A DNA stretch of 15,022 nt from Candidatus Heimdallarchaeota archaeon (GTDB lineage Archaea; Asgardarchaeota; Heimdallarchaeia; Heimdallarchaeales; Heimdallarchaeaceae): assembly GCA_021399395.1 (NCBI GenBank), contig JAAFKJ010000098.1, forward strand, positions 1 through 15,022, given 5' to 3'. The position numbers were made by a program, and so were the translations under genes. How positions within the stretch are numbered: the first letter of the stretch is position 1; each line of letters starts with the position of its first letter. The notes below the pieces were generated by a model. The model was not told the DNA's origin. It did no database searches and saw only the letters and a list, made by a program, of their open reading frames with translations. Positions 1 to 8,090 of this stretch are shown here, one piece after another.

Positions 1-398
1 GCTTTTATCTGGTCTCTAATTTTTCTAAAGAACACCAATGTTTCTTCTTCAGTGCCTTCAAAGCTAGATGGATCTTCGAAAGACCAGTGTAATTTAGTTT
101 TTACTCCCGGTATAGCTGGACATTTTTCTTCGGCTACCGAACAAACAGTAATCACAGTGTCAAAATGTATATGTCCCAAGAAATCTGAAAGGTTTTTGGA
201 ATACTGTTCGGATAAATCATAATTTAATTCTTCTAGTACTTTAATTGTAAAAGGATTAATCCTAGTCCTGTCCATTCCCGCACTGAACACCTCAAAATGA
301 TCATTTGCCAGATCTCGTAAGAAAGCTTCCGCCATCTGACTTCTTGTGGAATTGTGACTGCAAATGAAGATTACCTTAACCTTATCTTTAGAATTCAT
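1..398 (-). CDS. arsC: Arsenate reductase ArsC, thioredoxin-coupled LMW-PTP family (3' end runs off the window)
   Basis: Manual translation from ATG at 398: MNSKDKVKVIFICSHNSTRSQMAEAFLRDLANDHFEVFSAG...VITVCSVAEEKCPAIPG...LHWSFEDPS...FRKIRDQIK. It has the CX5R P-loop (CSHNSTR), the two resolving Cys (TVC..., KCP) and the HWxFxDP motif. Not in the ORF track because no stop codon lies in the window. Confidence 0.93.
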   Translation of the reverse strand, partial: MNSKDKVKVIFICSHNSTRSQMAEAFLRDLANDHFEVFSAGMDRTRINPFTIKVLEELNYDLSEQYSKNLSDFLGHIHFDTVITVCSVAEEKCPAIPGVKTKLHWSFEDPSSFEGTEEETLVFFRKIRDQIK

Positions 399-480
399 AT
401 AGAAGAATAATCTTACAATATTAAAAATATCTCTGTGCAAAATCTGTTGAAGAATAAATCGATCCAACCATCTTATCGGT

Positions 481-516
481 TGTGCATTTGCTTGCACATT
501 TGCAATAGCTTATAAG
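481..516. promoter_or_regulatory. Inverted repeat TGTGCA-N6-TGCACA next to a TATA-like CTTATAAG in the divergent arsC / large-ORF intergenic region
   Basis: TGTGCA 481-486 and TGCACA 493-498, overlapping TTGCA-N4-TGCAA at 492-505, and TTATAA at 510-515. Another TGTGCA half-site is at 434-439. An operator role is inference. Confidence 0.3.
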
Positions 517-600
517 TGAAATTACAGTAAACTAAATTGTGTAAGCAGTTCTATTGTAAACCTGGGGGTTTAAGGTTGAATGGACTTAGGGGATTGATTT

Positions 601-3600
601 ATGCGAAATATCATAGGTACTACAAAAGCAATTATTATTATCATTTTTGTTGCTAGTTCACTAGTTTATCATGAGATGTCATCACCTGAAAGTACTGTAA
701 CTAACCATCAGGTAGATGCAATAATTTCTCTCCAAGATATAATCAATGATGTTTCTTCTGAACCTATAAGTATGAATCAGAAACCAGAAGGAATTTTGAG
801 AACCACATATATCGAAGGTGACTATGAATTACAAGGTTTCTTTACTCATAATGATTTTGTAGACCTGGATGATGACGGGAATACTTTCGTTTTAGAGAAT
901 TTTGATAGTATGAAAGGTAAAGCATCATCAGCAATTGGAACTCAATTTTTCATGGATTCTTCTGAACCTCAAACTTGGCCTAGTTTAGTTGATACTTACT
1001 TCCCTTTGACAGAAGATGTTTCTCCATTTCGCAATTCAAGTATATTTACTCCAGTCTTCTTTGAATCCACTAATATAGCTGGTAAAATACATGTGCTTTC
1101 TCATATTAATACTCAATATTTTGAGCCTGTCGATTTCACAATTCGGGTACGTGTTTTTATCTTCAATCCAAGCACAGAAATTTCAACCGAAATCGCTTCA
1201 GTGGAGGAGATTCTTCCTGATGGATTGCTCATTTCAAATCAACAAATATTTGATCTAACACTTAATAATACCTACTTAATTCCAGCTGGAAATCGATTAA
1301 AACTAACCTTTGAGGGTAAAGTAAATGATTTGAGTGCATCAGCAGAAGTTTCCTTAAGCACAAGTGATAAAGGTTCTGGCCAATATTCTTGGAATATTGT
1401 AGATGGTGTATACAGCAACAGCTATTCGTTTGGAACTTACGACCAAGTACTTGGAATGCAGATTCAGTACAAAAGTGCAACATTTCCAGATATAGTTGTT
1501 TCAGGGATATCCAACTCAACTCTTTATTACGAAGAACAAGAAGTATTTATTGATGTTTCTGGAGCAATTAGTAGTTCCTATCGTTGGGATTTGGAGAGTT
1601 ATGTTTCTTTTAGTAATTCGACAAGTACTTTCCTCCCTACTATCGATGGATGGCACTATCTAGAAGTTAGGGCAAGTGATTCTTTTAATAACACTGCAAT
1701 AGAAATTTATGATATAGGATATGATTCTACAGAGAGTTCTCTTACTTTAAACAATCCAACAAACAATTCAATAATCCTAGCTGGTTCGTTTCTAAACTTC
1801 TCAACTTATGGAGCAAATGAACTCACCTATGAGTGGGATAACAATGGTACAATATTTGATCTGTTATCCATACCAGAATATAATGTTTTAACACCCTCAA
1901 TTGAAGGATACCATAATCTTAGTGTAATTCTAAATGATACTTGTGTATATGATGAGTATTTCTACATTTTTGGTATAGACTCCTCAGCACCTCAAATCTC
2001 TTTGTTAAGCCTGACAAATGATACTCTTCAAGCTTCAGGGAAGCTTTTAGAAGTTGAGATTACTGATTTCTCACCTGATCTTACCATAAACTACAAGTGG
2101 GATGATAATATCTTTCTTCCTTGGTTACCAAGTGAAGGATCAATTTATCGAACTTACATCCCTGAGACAGAAGGTTATCACAATCTAACAATAACTGCTG
2201 AAGACTCATTAGGGTGTATTTCCAATCGTTTTTATCGATTCAATGTAAGTTCGGAGACTCTTCTTATTGAGCTTAGAACTATGGTTAATGAATCTTGGTA
2301 TTTAGGGGGAGAAACTGTTGAAGTAACTATAAGTGGTACTAATGATACAATATTATTCAGCTGGAATGATACTCCTTTACAAGATGGAAACCCATTCATG
2401 TTTGGAGGAACAATTCTTACTTTATCTGGGATTAACTCATTACCTAACGATATAGAACGTTATCATTATTTGAAAATTGTAGTAGGAGGTATTGATAACT
2501 TTGAATATATGTATATCTTTGAGTTTAGGATAGATAATGAAAATCCTATAATTGATTCTAGTTTTCTTGATCTCACCGATCAGAGGTTCAAAAGTGGGGA
2601 TACATTCACTTTCATTTTGTATGATAACGCAACCCAAATAGCTGATCTAATTGTTCAAATTTCAATTGATGGAGAATCTAATATCACTCTAAGTTTTCCA
2701 TTTGAATTGCATCTTTCAATATTCACTGATGGAATCCATAACATAACCATTTATGTTAGTGATATTGCAGGTAATATTGTAACTGAGTTTATTTCTTTCT
2801 ACATTGATTCAACTGCACCTGATATTGAAATAATATACTTTGAAGGCCTAGTTTCTCTACCTAATTCTAGTCTTTATGCACCATCTGGATCAACCATTGA
2901 GATATCAATTGATGATGCTGATCCCTCCTATACAGCAACATATTCATGGAAAGGTGGAGAGTATCAATCGTTTAATGAAACGATAATACTGAATTATGAT
3001 GATGATTTTGGTATTCTGATTATTAATGCAAGTGATTCTTTAGGAAATGAAGAGATAATTGTATATGAGTTAACTCTCGACAGTCTCGCTCCCACAGTTT
3101 CCCTAGTATTTCCATATGAACATTCAAAAATAAATGAACATACAAGTTTAATTTTCAATACAGAAGATATTTCACAACAAACGATTTCACATCTTGACTT
3201 CCATTGGGATATTTATCCAAGTTACACTCCTGAAATTTTCCCAGACAGCAAAGGTGATTTCGATCTAGCCTTGTTACCTCTCTATACTACAGGTGAATAT
3301 GCAACACTTTCAATTTATGCAGTGGATATTGTAGGAAATAATCAAACCTACTATTTTGTTTTTGAAGTAGATCTGACACCTCCTGATTCTACATTATTTA
3401 TTTTTGATGAAGAAACAGGGGAATATCACGATGCTTTAGACTATGATTATATTAAGGTTGGAGAAGAAATCTGGTATAACATTAGCACATCTCCTGATCT
3501 TTCTACATTTATTTACTACTGGAATAGTGAAGCTGGAGAAATTCTTGACAGCCCTTGGATAATTCACGCTCCTACAGAAGTAGGATCACATAATCTAACC

Positions 3601-4959
3601 GTTATTCTTCGGGATTCCACAGGAGAAAGCACATCCCCTAATGAAATAGAGCTGACTATTACTTTTCTAGTAAAAGATGAAGGTTACTTAACCATCTTAG
3701 AAACAAGTGATCATCATTGTTATTATGGTGAAGATGCCATTATTGAATTAAATCTTAAGAATACTTCGATGGTAAATCTCGAAATTAATGAAGTCAATAT
3801 TAGTGGCTCTATATTAGATATTCTCCACATCTCTGATTTTAATTATCGTGTTTTCTTTCCCACTAATTTGCTTGTAAGTAAAGGTAATTATTCTCTGTAT
3901 ATCTGTGTTGAATCTTCATACTACTTCGGACAAACTAACGAAAGTTATATGTTTGAAATAGAGATCCTTCCAATACCTTTAGCTATGGAATTATCTGTAT
4001 CTGATACAGAAATCGTTCAAGGAAGTTCTGTTGTGATATCTGGAATTCTCTCCTATCTTAACGGCACTCCCATTGCTGGAGTAGAAATAACTTTCTTGAT
4101 TTATATTTATTACAAGTCAGATCAAGGTTCAGCTAATGCTGCAATTGAAGGTTATGATGAAATAATTTCACTGAGTGACATCACTGGAGTAACTGGAGAA
4201 GCTTCAGTAGATTATATTTTAACTAAGGAAATTGAACAAATAGCCGTATCCGCTACCTTCGAAGGATCTAGCATTCTAGATGGGATCTTTCAGGAGTTTT
4301 CAGAGATAATAACCACAATAAAAGCAGGACTATCACCAGTCATCTTATATTCGATTGTTGGTGTAAGCGTTTTTCTATTAGGATTAGTAGCTTTTATTGT
4401 CTATAAAGCAACTAAACGTAAACCATTTGAGAAATATCTTGATAAAGTTTCAACCAATGATTTAGTTTTGAAAATAAATGAAATCTGTCCTGGAGTTATT
4501 CTTAGTATATTTGATCAGCGTAAGGGTCCCGTTCCTCTCATAAGTGATCATTCTTTTGATTATGATTATGGAGGAAGATTAAGTGTTGGCACAGAAAATT
4601 TCTTGCTAAAGATTTGTGATCAAGCATATTCGACTTTGGGCTTTGAAGACGTACATCAAGGTAGAAAGACAAGTGCGGTAAACTTGCCTAATGAAGGTCT
4701 TGTAGGGTTTGTTCATGCAATACAACTAGAAAATAAGGATTCAAGAGGAGGGTTAGAAAATCTCTCTGTTATCTTATTAACTCAAGCAGATTATGGTAAT
4801 TGCCTTCTAGCTTACAGTGATTTTATCTATGATCATATTGATGATTTAGTATCTAAATTGAACTCAAAGAAAGGTTTAGAAGAAATCAGATCCCAGATTG
4901 AAGAAATACGCCTTAGAACAACCCAAGTTATCTTAGCTGGTATAGAAGATTCAAAATAG
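601..4959 (+). CDS. Large single-pass cell-surface protein: signal/anchor, beta-sandwich domain, ~8 Ig-like repeats, TM helix, cytoplasmic longin/uDENN-like domain
   Basis: Hydrophobic N-terminus (AIIIIIFVASSLV). Repeats of ~85 aa with Y-x-W-D ... G-x-H-x-L-x-(I/V)-x-A-x-D-x-x-G-N and IDxxAPxI linkers. Many N-x-S/T sequons before the TM. TM at aa ~1247-1268 (nt 4339-4404) followed by KATKRK. The C-terminal ~180 aa contain GVILSIFDQRKGPVPL and FVHAIQLENKDSRGGLENLSVILL. Confidence 0.85.
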   Translation: MRNIIGTTKAIIIIIFVASSLVYHEMSSPESTVTNHQVDAIISLQDIINDVSSEPISMNQKPEGILRTTYIEGDYELQGFFTHNDFVDLDDDGNTFVLENFDSMKGKASSAIGTQFFMDSSEPQTWPSLVDTYFPLTEDVSPFRNSSIFTPVFFESTNIAGKIHVLSHINTQYFEPVDFTIRVRVFIFNPSTEISTEIASVEEILPDGLLISNQQIFDLTLNNTYLIPAGNRLKLTFEGKVNDLSASAEVSLSTSDKGSGQYSWNIVDGVYSNSYSFGTYDQVLGMQIQYKSATFPDIVVSGISNSTLYYEEQEVFIDVSGAISSSYRWDLESYVSFSNSTSTFLPTIDGWHYLEVRASDSFNNTAIEIYDIGYDSTESSLTLNNPTNNSIILAGSFLNFSTYGANELTYEWDNNGTIFDLLSIPEYNVLTPSIEGYHNLSVILNDTCVYDEYFYIFGIDSSAPQISLLSLTNDTLQASGKLLEVEITDFSPDLTINYKWDDNIFLPWLPSEGSIYRTYIPETEGYHNLTITAEDSLGCISNRFYRFNVSSETLLIELRTMVNESWYLGGETVEVTISGTNDTILFSWNDTPLQDGNPFMFGGTILTLSGINSLPNDIERYHYLKIVVGGIDNFEYMYIFEFRIDNENPIIDSSFLDLTDQRFKSGDTFTFILYDNATQIADLIVQISIDGESNITLSFPFELHLSIFTDGIHNITIYVSDIAGNIVTEFISFYIDSTAPDIEIIYFEGLVSLPNSSLYAPSGSTIEISIDDADPSYTATYSWKGGEYQSFNETIILNYDDDFGILIINASDSLGNEEIIVYELTLDSLAPTVSLVFPYEHSKINEHTSLIFNTEDISQQTISHLDFHWDIYPSYTPEIFPDSKGDFDLALLPLYTTGEYATLSIYAVDIVGNNQTYYFVFEVDLTPPDSTLFIFDEETGEYHDALDYDYIKVGEEIWYNISTSPDLSTFIYYWNSEAGEILDSPWIIHAPTEVGSHNLTVILRDSTGESTSPNEIELTITFLVKDEGYLTILETSDHHCYYGEDAIIELNLKNTSMVNLEINEVNISGSILDILHISDFNYRVFFPTNLLVSKGNYSLYICVESSYYFGQTNESYMFEIEILPIPLAMELSVSDTEIVQGSSVVISGILSYLNGTPIAGVEITFLIYIYYKSDQGSANAAIEGYDEIISLSDITGVTGEASVDYILTKEIEQIAVSATFEGSSILDGIFQEFSEIITTIKAGLSPVILYSIVGVSVFLLGLVAFIVYKATKRKPFEKYLDKVSTNDLVLKINEICPGVILSIFDQRKGPVPLISDHSFDYDYGGRLSVGTENFLLKICDQAYSTLGFEDVHQGRKTSAVNLPNEGLVGFVHAIQLENKDSRGGLENLSVILLTQADYGNCLLAYSDFIYDHIDDLVSKLNSKKGLEEIRSQIEEIRLRTTQVILAGIEDSK

Positions 4960-5008
4960 TTATTCTTGTCTTACTTCTTATCCAATTTATTAGATATCAT
5001 ATGTCTAA

Positions 5009-5030
5009 TTTTCTTCTTTTTTTTCTTTTT
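5009..5030 (+). terminator. Archaeal-type oligo-T terminator candidate
   Basis: TTTTCTTCTTTTTTTTCTTTTT about 50 nt after the stop of 601..4959, between convergent genes. Confidence 0.45.
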
Positions 5031-5054
5031 ACTATTAAATAAAGCAATCCTATA

Positions 5055-5984
5055 TTATTTCTTCCTTCTCTTATAAACAATTACTGTTGAAGTAACGATA
5101 AACGCTCCTATTCCATATACCCAAGAATGAGCTACAACTAATACCTCGTCATAAGAATCAATATAGTATTTGAAGACACCTTCAGTCTCCACTTCGAAAT
5201 CACCAGTTATGTTTGTTGAGAATTTGTAATCATTATAGAACTCATATAGTACTCCTTGAACATTGTAAGAGTAGTATCTACATACTTCCTCTCTGTAACT
5301 AACTCCTGGATACAGTGAACCTTCATATACATATGAGATTCTGTAGTGATATCCCTCAAACTTCTTTCTCTGAAATTTAAAAGAGTCTTTAAATTCTATT
5401 TCAAACTCCTTGTAAGCTAATTCATAGATTTCATAATCAGTTTGAAAGGAGAAATTACTGCTTAAAACTGGTAGAAATGTAAATCCAAATCCTCTCCAGA
5501 ACATGAATAAATCAACATGGATTTCCATCATATTAACGGGAACACCAAGGTTCGAACTCATTAAATCTAAACTAATTGGGTCAACAAAACCTATTTCTTG
5601 TGTTATGTTATCATATCTGTAGGTAACTTTGAAACTCTCTGTCTCATTTTCATATAACCAAGCTGCACGATAGAGGTCATAACAAGCTTGACTTTCACAG
5701 TGGATCATCCCCATGAAAACAGTCAATTTATTTGTTCGAAAAGAAATCTCGTTTTCTTCACTTTCCACATCCCATATAGTAATCTCCTCATAATTTTCAA
5801 TCAGAGGATTTTCTAGATTGTAATTGTAGTGTGTATCATCCCAAATGTAAGTGTAAGTTTCTCTTAGAGGACCCCAGTATTCTTCTTCTTGGGTTGTGTT
5901 GGAATTAGCAAAAAAAGATCCAAATAACAAAAACACTAAAATTCCACACAACAACATATTCTGATACAAATCTCTCTTCCGCAT
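5055..5984 (-). CDS. Hypothetical secreted, C-terminally membrane-anchored protein (paralog A)
   Basis: N-terminal basic + hydrophobic signal (MRKRDLYQNMLLCGILVFLLFGSFFA) and C-terminal TM + KRRKK. The track starts at TTG 5993; ATG 5984 is preferred given the TATA box (TTTATA) at 6019-6014. Confidence 0.85.
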   Translation of the reverse strand: MRKRDLYQNMLLCGILVFLLFGSFFANSNTTQEEEYWGPLRETYTYIWDDTHYNYNLENPLIENYEEITIWDVESEENEISFRTNKLTVFMGMIHCESQACYDLYRAAWLYENETESFKVTYRYDNITQEIGFVDPISLDLMSSNLGVPVNMMEIHVDLFMFWRGFGFTFLPVLSSNFSFQTDYEIYELAYKEFEIEFKDSFKFQRKKFEGYHYRISYVYEGSLYPGVSYREEVCRYYSYNVQGVLYEFYNDYKFSTNITGDFEVETEGVFKYYIDSYDEVLVVAHSWVYGIGAFIVTSTVIVYKRRKK

Positions 5985-6052
5985 GTGTATCAACTAGATA
6001 ATTATTTCATTACTATAAATATGTATGGAATCAGAAAGAAGTGAGGAGTTTT

Positions 6053-6976
6053 TCACTTTCTTCTCTTGTAAACAATTACTGTTGAAGTAATTAGAATCGC
6101 ACCTATTCCATATACCCAAGAATGAGCCACAACTAATGTTTCGTCATACGAATCAAGATAATATCTAAGGATACCCTTTACCTGAAGTTTATAATCTCCG
6201 GATTCATTAGTATAGTGCTTGATTTCGTTATAGAAATCATACAGAACTCCTTGAGTATTAAAAGAGTAATATCTGCTGATTTCCTCTTTGTACCATAATC
6301 CTGGGTATCTTTCATCCTCAACTGTGTAAGACATTTTATAGTAATACCCTTCAAATTTCTTTCTCTGAAACCTGAAAGTATCTTTGAACTCTATCTCAAA
6401 ATCTGGATAAGCTAATTCATATATTTGAAAGTCTGTTTCAAATGAGAAATTACTATGAAACACTGGTAGAAATGTAAAACCTAATCCTTGATAGTACATG
6501 AACAAGTTTTTGACTAATTCCATTGGATTAACAGGAACATCGGCATTCAAACCTAATAGGTCTAAAGTTATAGGATTGACAAATCCCAGTTCTTGAGTTT
6601 CGTTATCGTATCTATAAGTAACTTTGAAGCTTTCTGTTTCGTTTTCATATAACCAAGCTGCACGGTAAAGGTCATAACATGTTTCATTATCACAAGAAAC
6701 CATACCTAAGAAAACTTCCCACATATCAGTTCGAAATGATATTTCGTTCTCTAGGCTCTCCACATCCCAAATTGTTATTTCTTCATAAGTTTCAGTTAAT
6801 GGATCTGCAAAATTATAATTATAGAATTCATTATCCAAGATATAAGTGTAAGTCTCTCTTAAATCTCCCCAGCATTGTCCTTCTTGGGTTGTTTCGGAAT
6901 TAACTAGAAAAGATCCGAACATTAAAACTATAAATATTCCACACAACATATTCTGATACAACTTTCTCTTCCGCAT
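6053..6976 (-). CDS. Hypothetical secreted, C-terminally membrane-anchored protein (paralog B)
   Basis: Collinear with paralog A over its whole length, sharing an identical 26-aa block (CYDLYRAAWLYENETESFKVTYRYDN) and the tail LVVAHSWVYGIGA...TSTVIVYKRRK. Track start is TTG 6985; ATG 6976 is preferred. Confidence 0.85.
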   Translation of the reverse strand: MRKRKLYQNMLCGIFIVLMFGSFLVNSETTQEGQCWGDLRETYTYILDNEFYNYNFADPLTETYEEITIWDVESLENEISFRTDMWEVFLGMVSCDNETCYDLYRAAWLYENETESFKVTYRYDNETQELGFVNPITLDLLGLNADVPVNPMELVKNLFMYYQGLGFTFLPVFHSNFSFETDFQIYELAYPDFEIEFKDTFRFQRKKFEGYYYKMSYTVEDERYPGLWYKEEISRYYSFNTQGVLYDFYNEIKHYTNESGDYKLQVKGILRYYLDSYDETLVVAHSWVYGIGAILITSTVIVYKRRK

Positions 6977-7042
6977 ATGTATCAACTAGATTATTGTTTC
7001 ATTGCTTTAAATATGTATGGAATAAGAAAGGAGTGAAGAGGA

Positions 7043-7131
7043 TTATTTCTTTCTCCTTAGCTAATAACTATAAATCCAACTACAAATAGAATTAAACCTA
7101 GATAGACCTGGAAATCTATTATCGTTCCTAG
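7043..7131 (-). pseudogene. C-terminal remnant of a probable third family member (TM + RRKK tail, frameshifted)
   Basis: The minus strand reads LGTIIDFQVYLGLILFVVGFIVI, then after a 1-nt shift LRRKK-stop. The VY-to-end length matches paralog A (VYGIGAFIVTSTVIVYKRRKK), and the stop sits where the repeat period predicts. Confidence 0.45.
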
Positions 7132-7235
7132 CTAATATCTGGAACAATTGAAAAAATAATTTTCTTTTTTTATACTTGGTCTTGCAACTAGAATAATCCA
7201 TTTAAACAGAATCGCTTTTATGGTATATAGTGAAT

Positions 7236-7286
7236 GCTGGGGTTGCAGCTTAGTAGGTAAGGAATCGTTTTATTCTGCTCTCCAGC
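7236..7286 (+). promoter_or_regulatory. GC-rich stem-loop in the probable 5' leader of the wHTH-V4R pair
   Basis: GCUGGGG (7236-7242) pairs with CUCCAGC (7280-7286), and GCAG (7245-7248) pairs with CUGC (7275-7278). TATA-like TTTAAA at 7201-7206. Confidence 0.35.
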
Positions 7287-7304
7287 TATCTAAAAAGTGG
7301 TTCT

Positions 7305-7550
7305 ATGAGCAGCCCAACATATAGTGGATTAATATCATCTGAAGAAGCATTGGAAAGAGAAAAAAGTGCATTTATACTCGATAAAGCTATTCTTCGAGCT
7401 ATCTGCGAGGAAGGTCCTCTCTCACTGGAAGATATAAGAGTTCAAACTCTTCCTCTAGAAGCTGCTATTGGTGTAAAAATTGATCTTCCTACAATTCAAG
7501 AAATTATCAACAAATACATCAAGCAAGGGCTAATCTGGGAAAACAAATAA
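7305..7550 (+). CDS. Small winged-helix-like protein
   Basis: The pattern AILRAICEEGPLSLEDI ... TIQEIINKYIKQGLIWE resembles the wHTH consensus (ILxxL..GPxoxxEI ... LxxxGLI). It lies 12 nt upstream of the next gene. Confidence 0.65.
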   Translation: MSSPTYSGLISSEEALEREKSAFILDKAILRAICEEGPLSLEDIRVQTLPLEAAIGVKIDLPTIQEIINKYIKQGLIWENK

Positions 7551-7562
7551 TGGGGTGAAATT

Positions 7563-8045
7563 ATGGCAAGATTTTTCTCAAGAAAAGATCCAGCAAAAAA
7601 TTATTTAAATAAAGCAATTATAGGTTTAGGAGCAGGTTTAGTAAAATCTCAGAAAATTTTGAATCTCAGTTTCGGTCCTCAAGGTGCTATGGATATCCTT
7701 AGTATCTGGATAGGTCAGGAACTTGCCAAGGAATTACTGGCTCAGAAGAAAATTAAGGTCGGTATTTCAGATCAAGATTTGATTTCAAAACTACTTGATG
7801 AAATTCAACTTGCAGAAGACTTAACTTTTGAAAATGTTGAAGGGAAATCTTCAGTTACAATTCAAAATTGTTTAATCTGTCCAAAGAAAGTTGGTGGTTA
7901 TGATTTGGACGGTGATACAGCTTGTCCTGTTGGGGGTATTCTTATGGGTGCTCTCACTTATGTCAAAGGTGAATCTCCTTCCTTACCAAACATCAATCTT
8001 AAACCTGGTGAATTATGTAAAATTAGTTTGGACGTATCTCCTTAG
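7563..8045 (+). CDS. V4R-fold (Bet3/TRAPPC3-like superfamily) protein with four Cys, probably Zn-binding
   Basis: IGQELAKEL helix, VTIQNCLICP, TACPVGGILMGAL and GELCKISL match the V4R pattern. RBS GGGGTGA at 7552-7558. Confidence 0.75.
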   Translation: MARFFSRKDPAKNYLNKAIIGLGAGLVKSQKILNLSFGPQGAMDILSIWIGQELAKELLAQKKIKVGISDQDLISKLLDEIQLAEDLTFENVEGKSSVTIQNCLICPKKVGGYDLDGDTACPVGGILMGALTYVKGESPSLPNINLKPGELCKISLDVSP

Positions 8046-8055
8046 ATTTACATCC

Positions 8056-8074
8056 TTTCTTTTCTTTTTATTTT
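8056..8074 (+). terminator. Oligo-T terminator candidate
   Basis: T-rich tract immediately after the V4R stop, between convergent genes. Confidence 0.4.
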
Positions 8075-8090
8075 GATTCTTTAGATTATT

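Larger units (their letters stand above)
5055..7055. repeat. Tandem ~1-kb duplication (gene plus upstream promoter region)
   Basis: The upstream DNA is also conserved: CAACTAGATAATTATTTCATTACTATAAATATGTATGGAATCAGAAAGAAGTGAGGAG (5991-6048) vs CAACTAGATTATTGTTTCATTGCTTTAAATATGTATGGAATAAGAAAGGAGTGAAGAG (6983-7040). Confidence 0.9.

Noticed and set aside
5055-6985. Diversity-generating retroelement explanation for the paralog pair
   Set aside because: There is no reverse transcriptase, and the differences are spread throughout rather than adenine-specific. This looks like an ordinary old tandem duplication.
7064-7201. 46-codon minus-strand ORF MDYSSCKTKYKKRKLFFQLFQILARNDNRFPGLSRFNSICSWIYSY
   Set aside because: Low-complexity and spans a T-tract. 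The alternative frame (TM-like remnant) fits the neighbouring family better.
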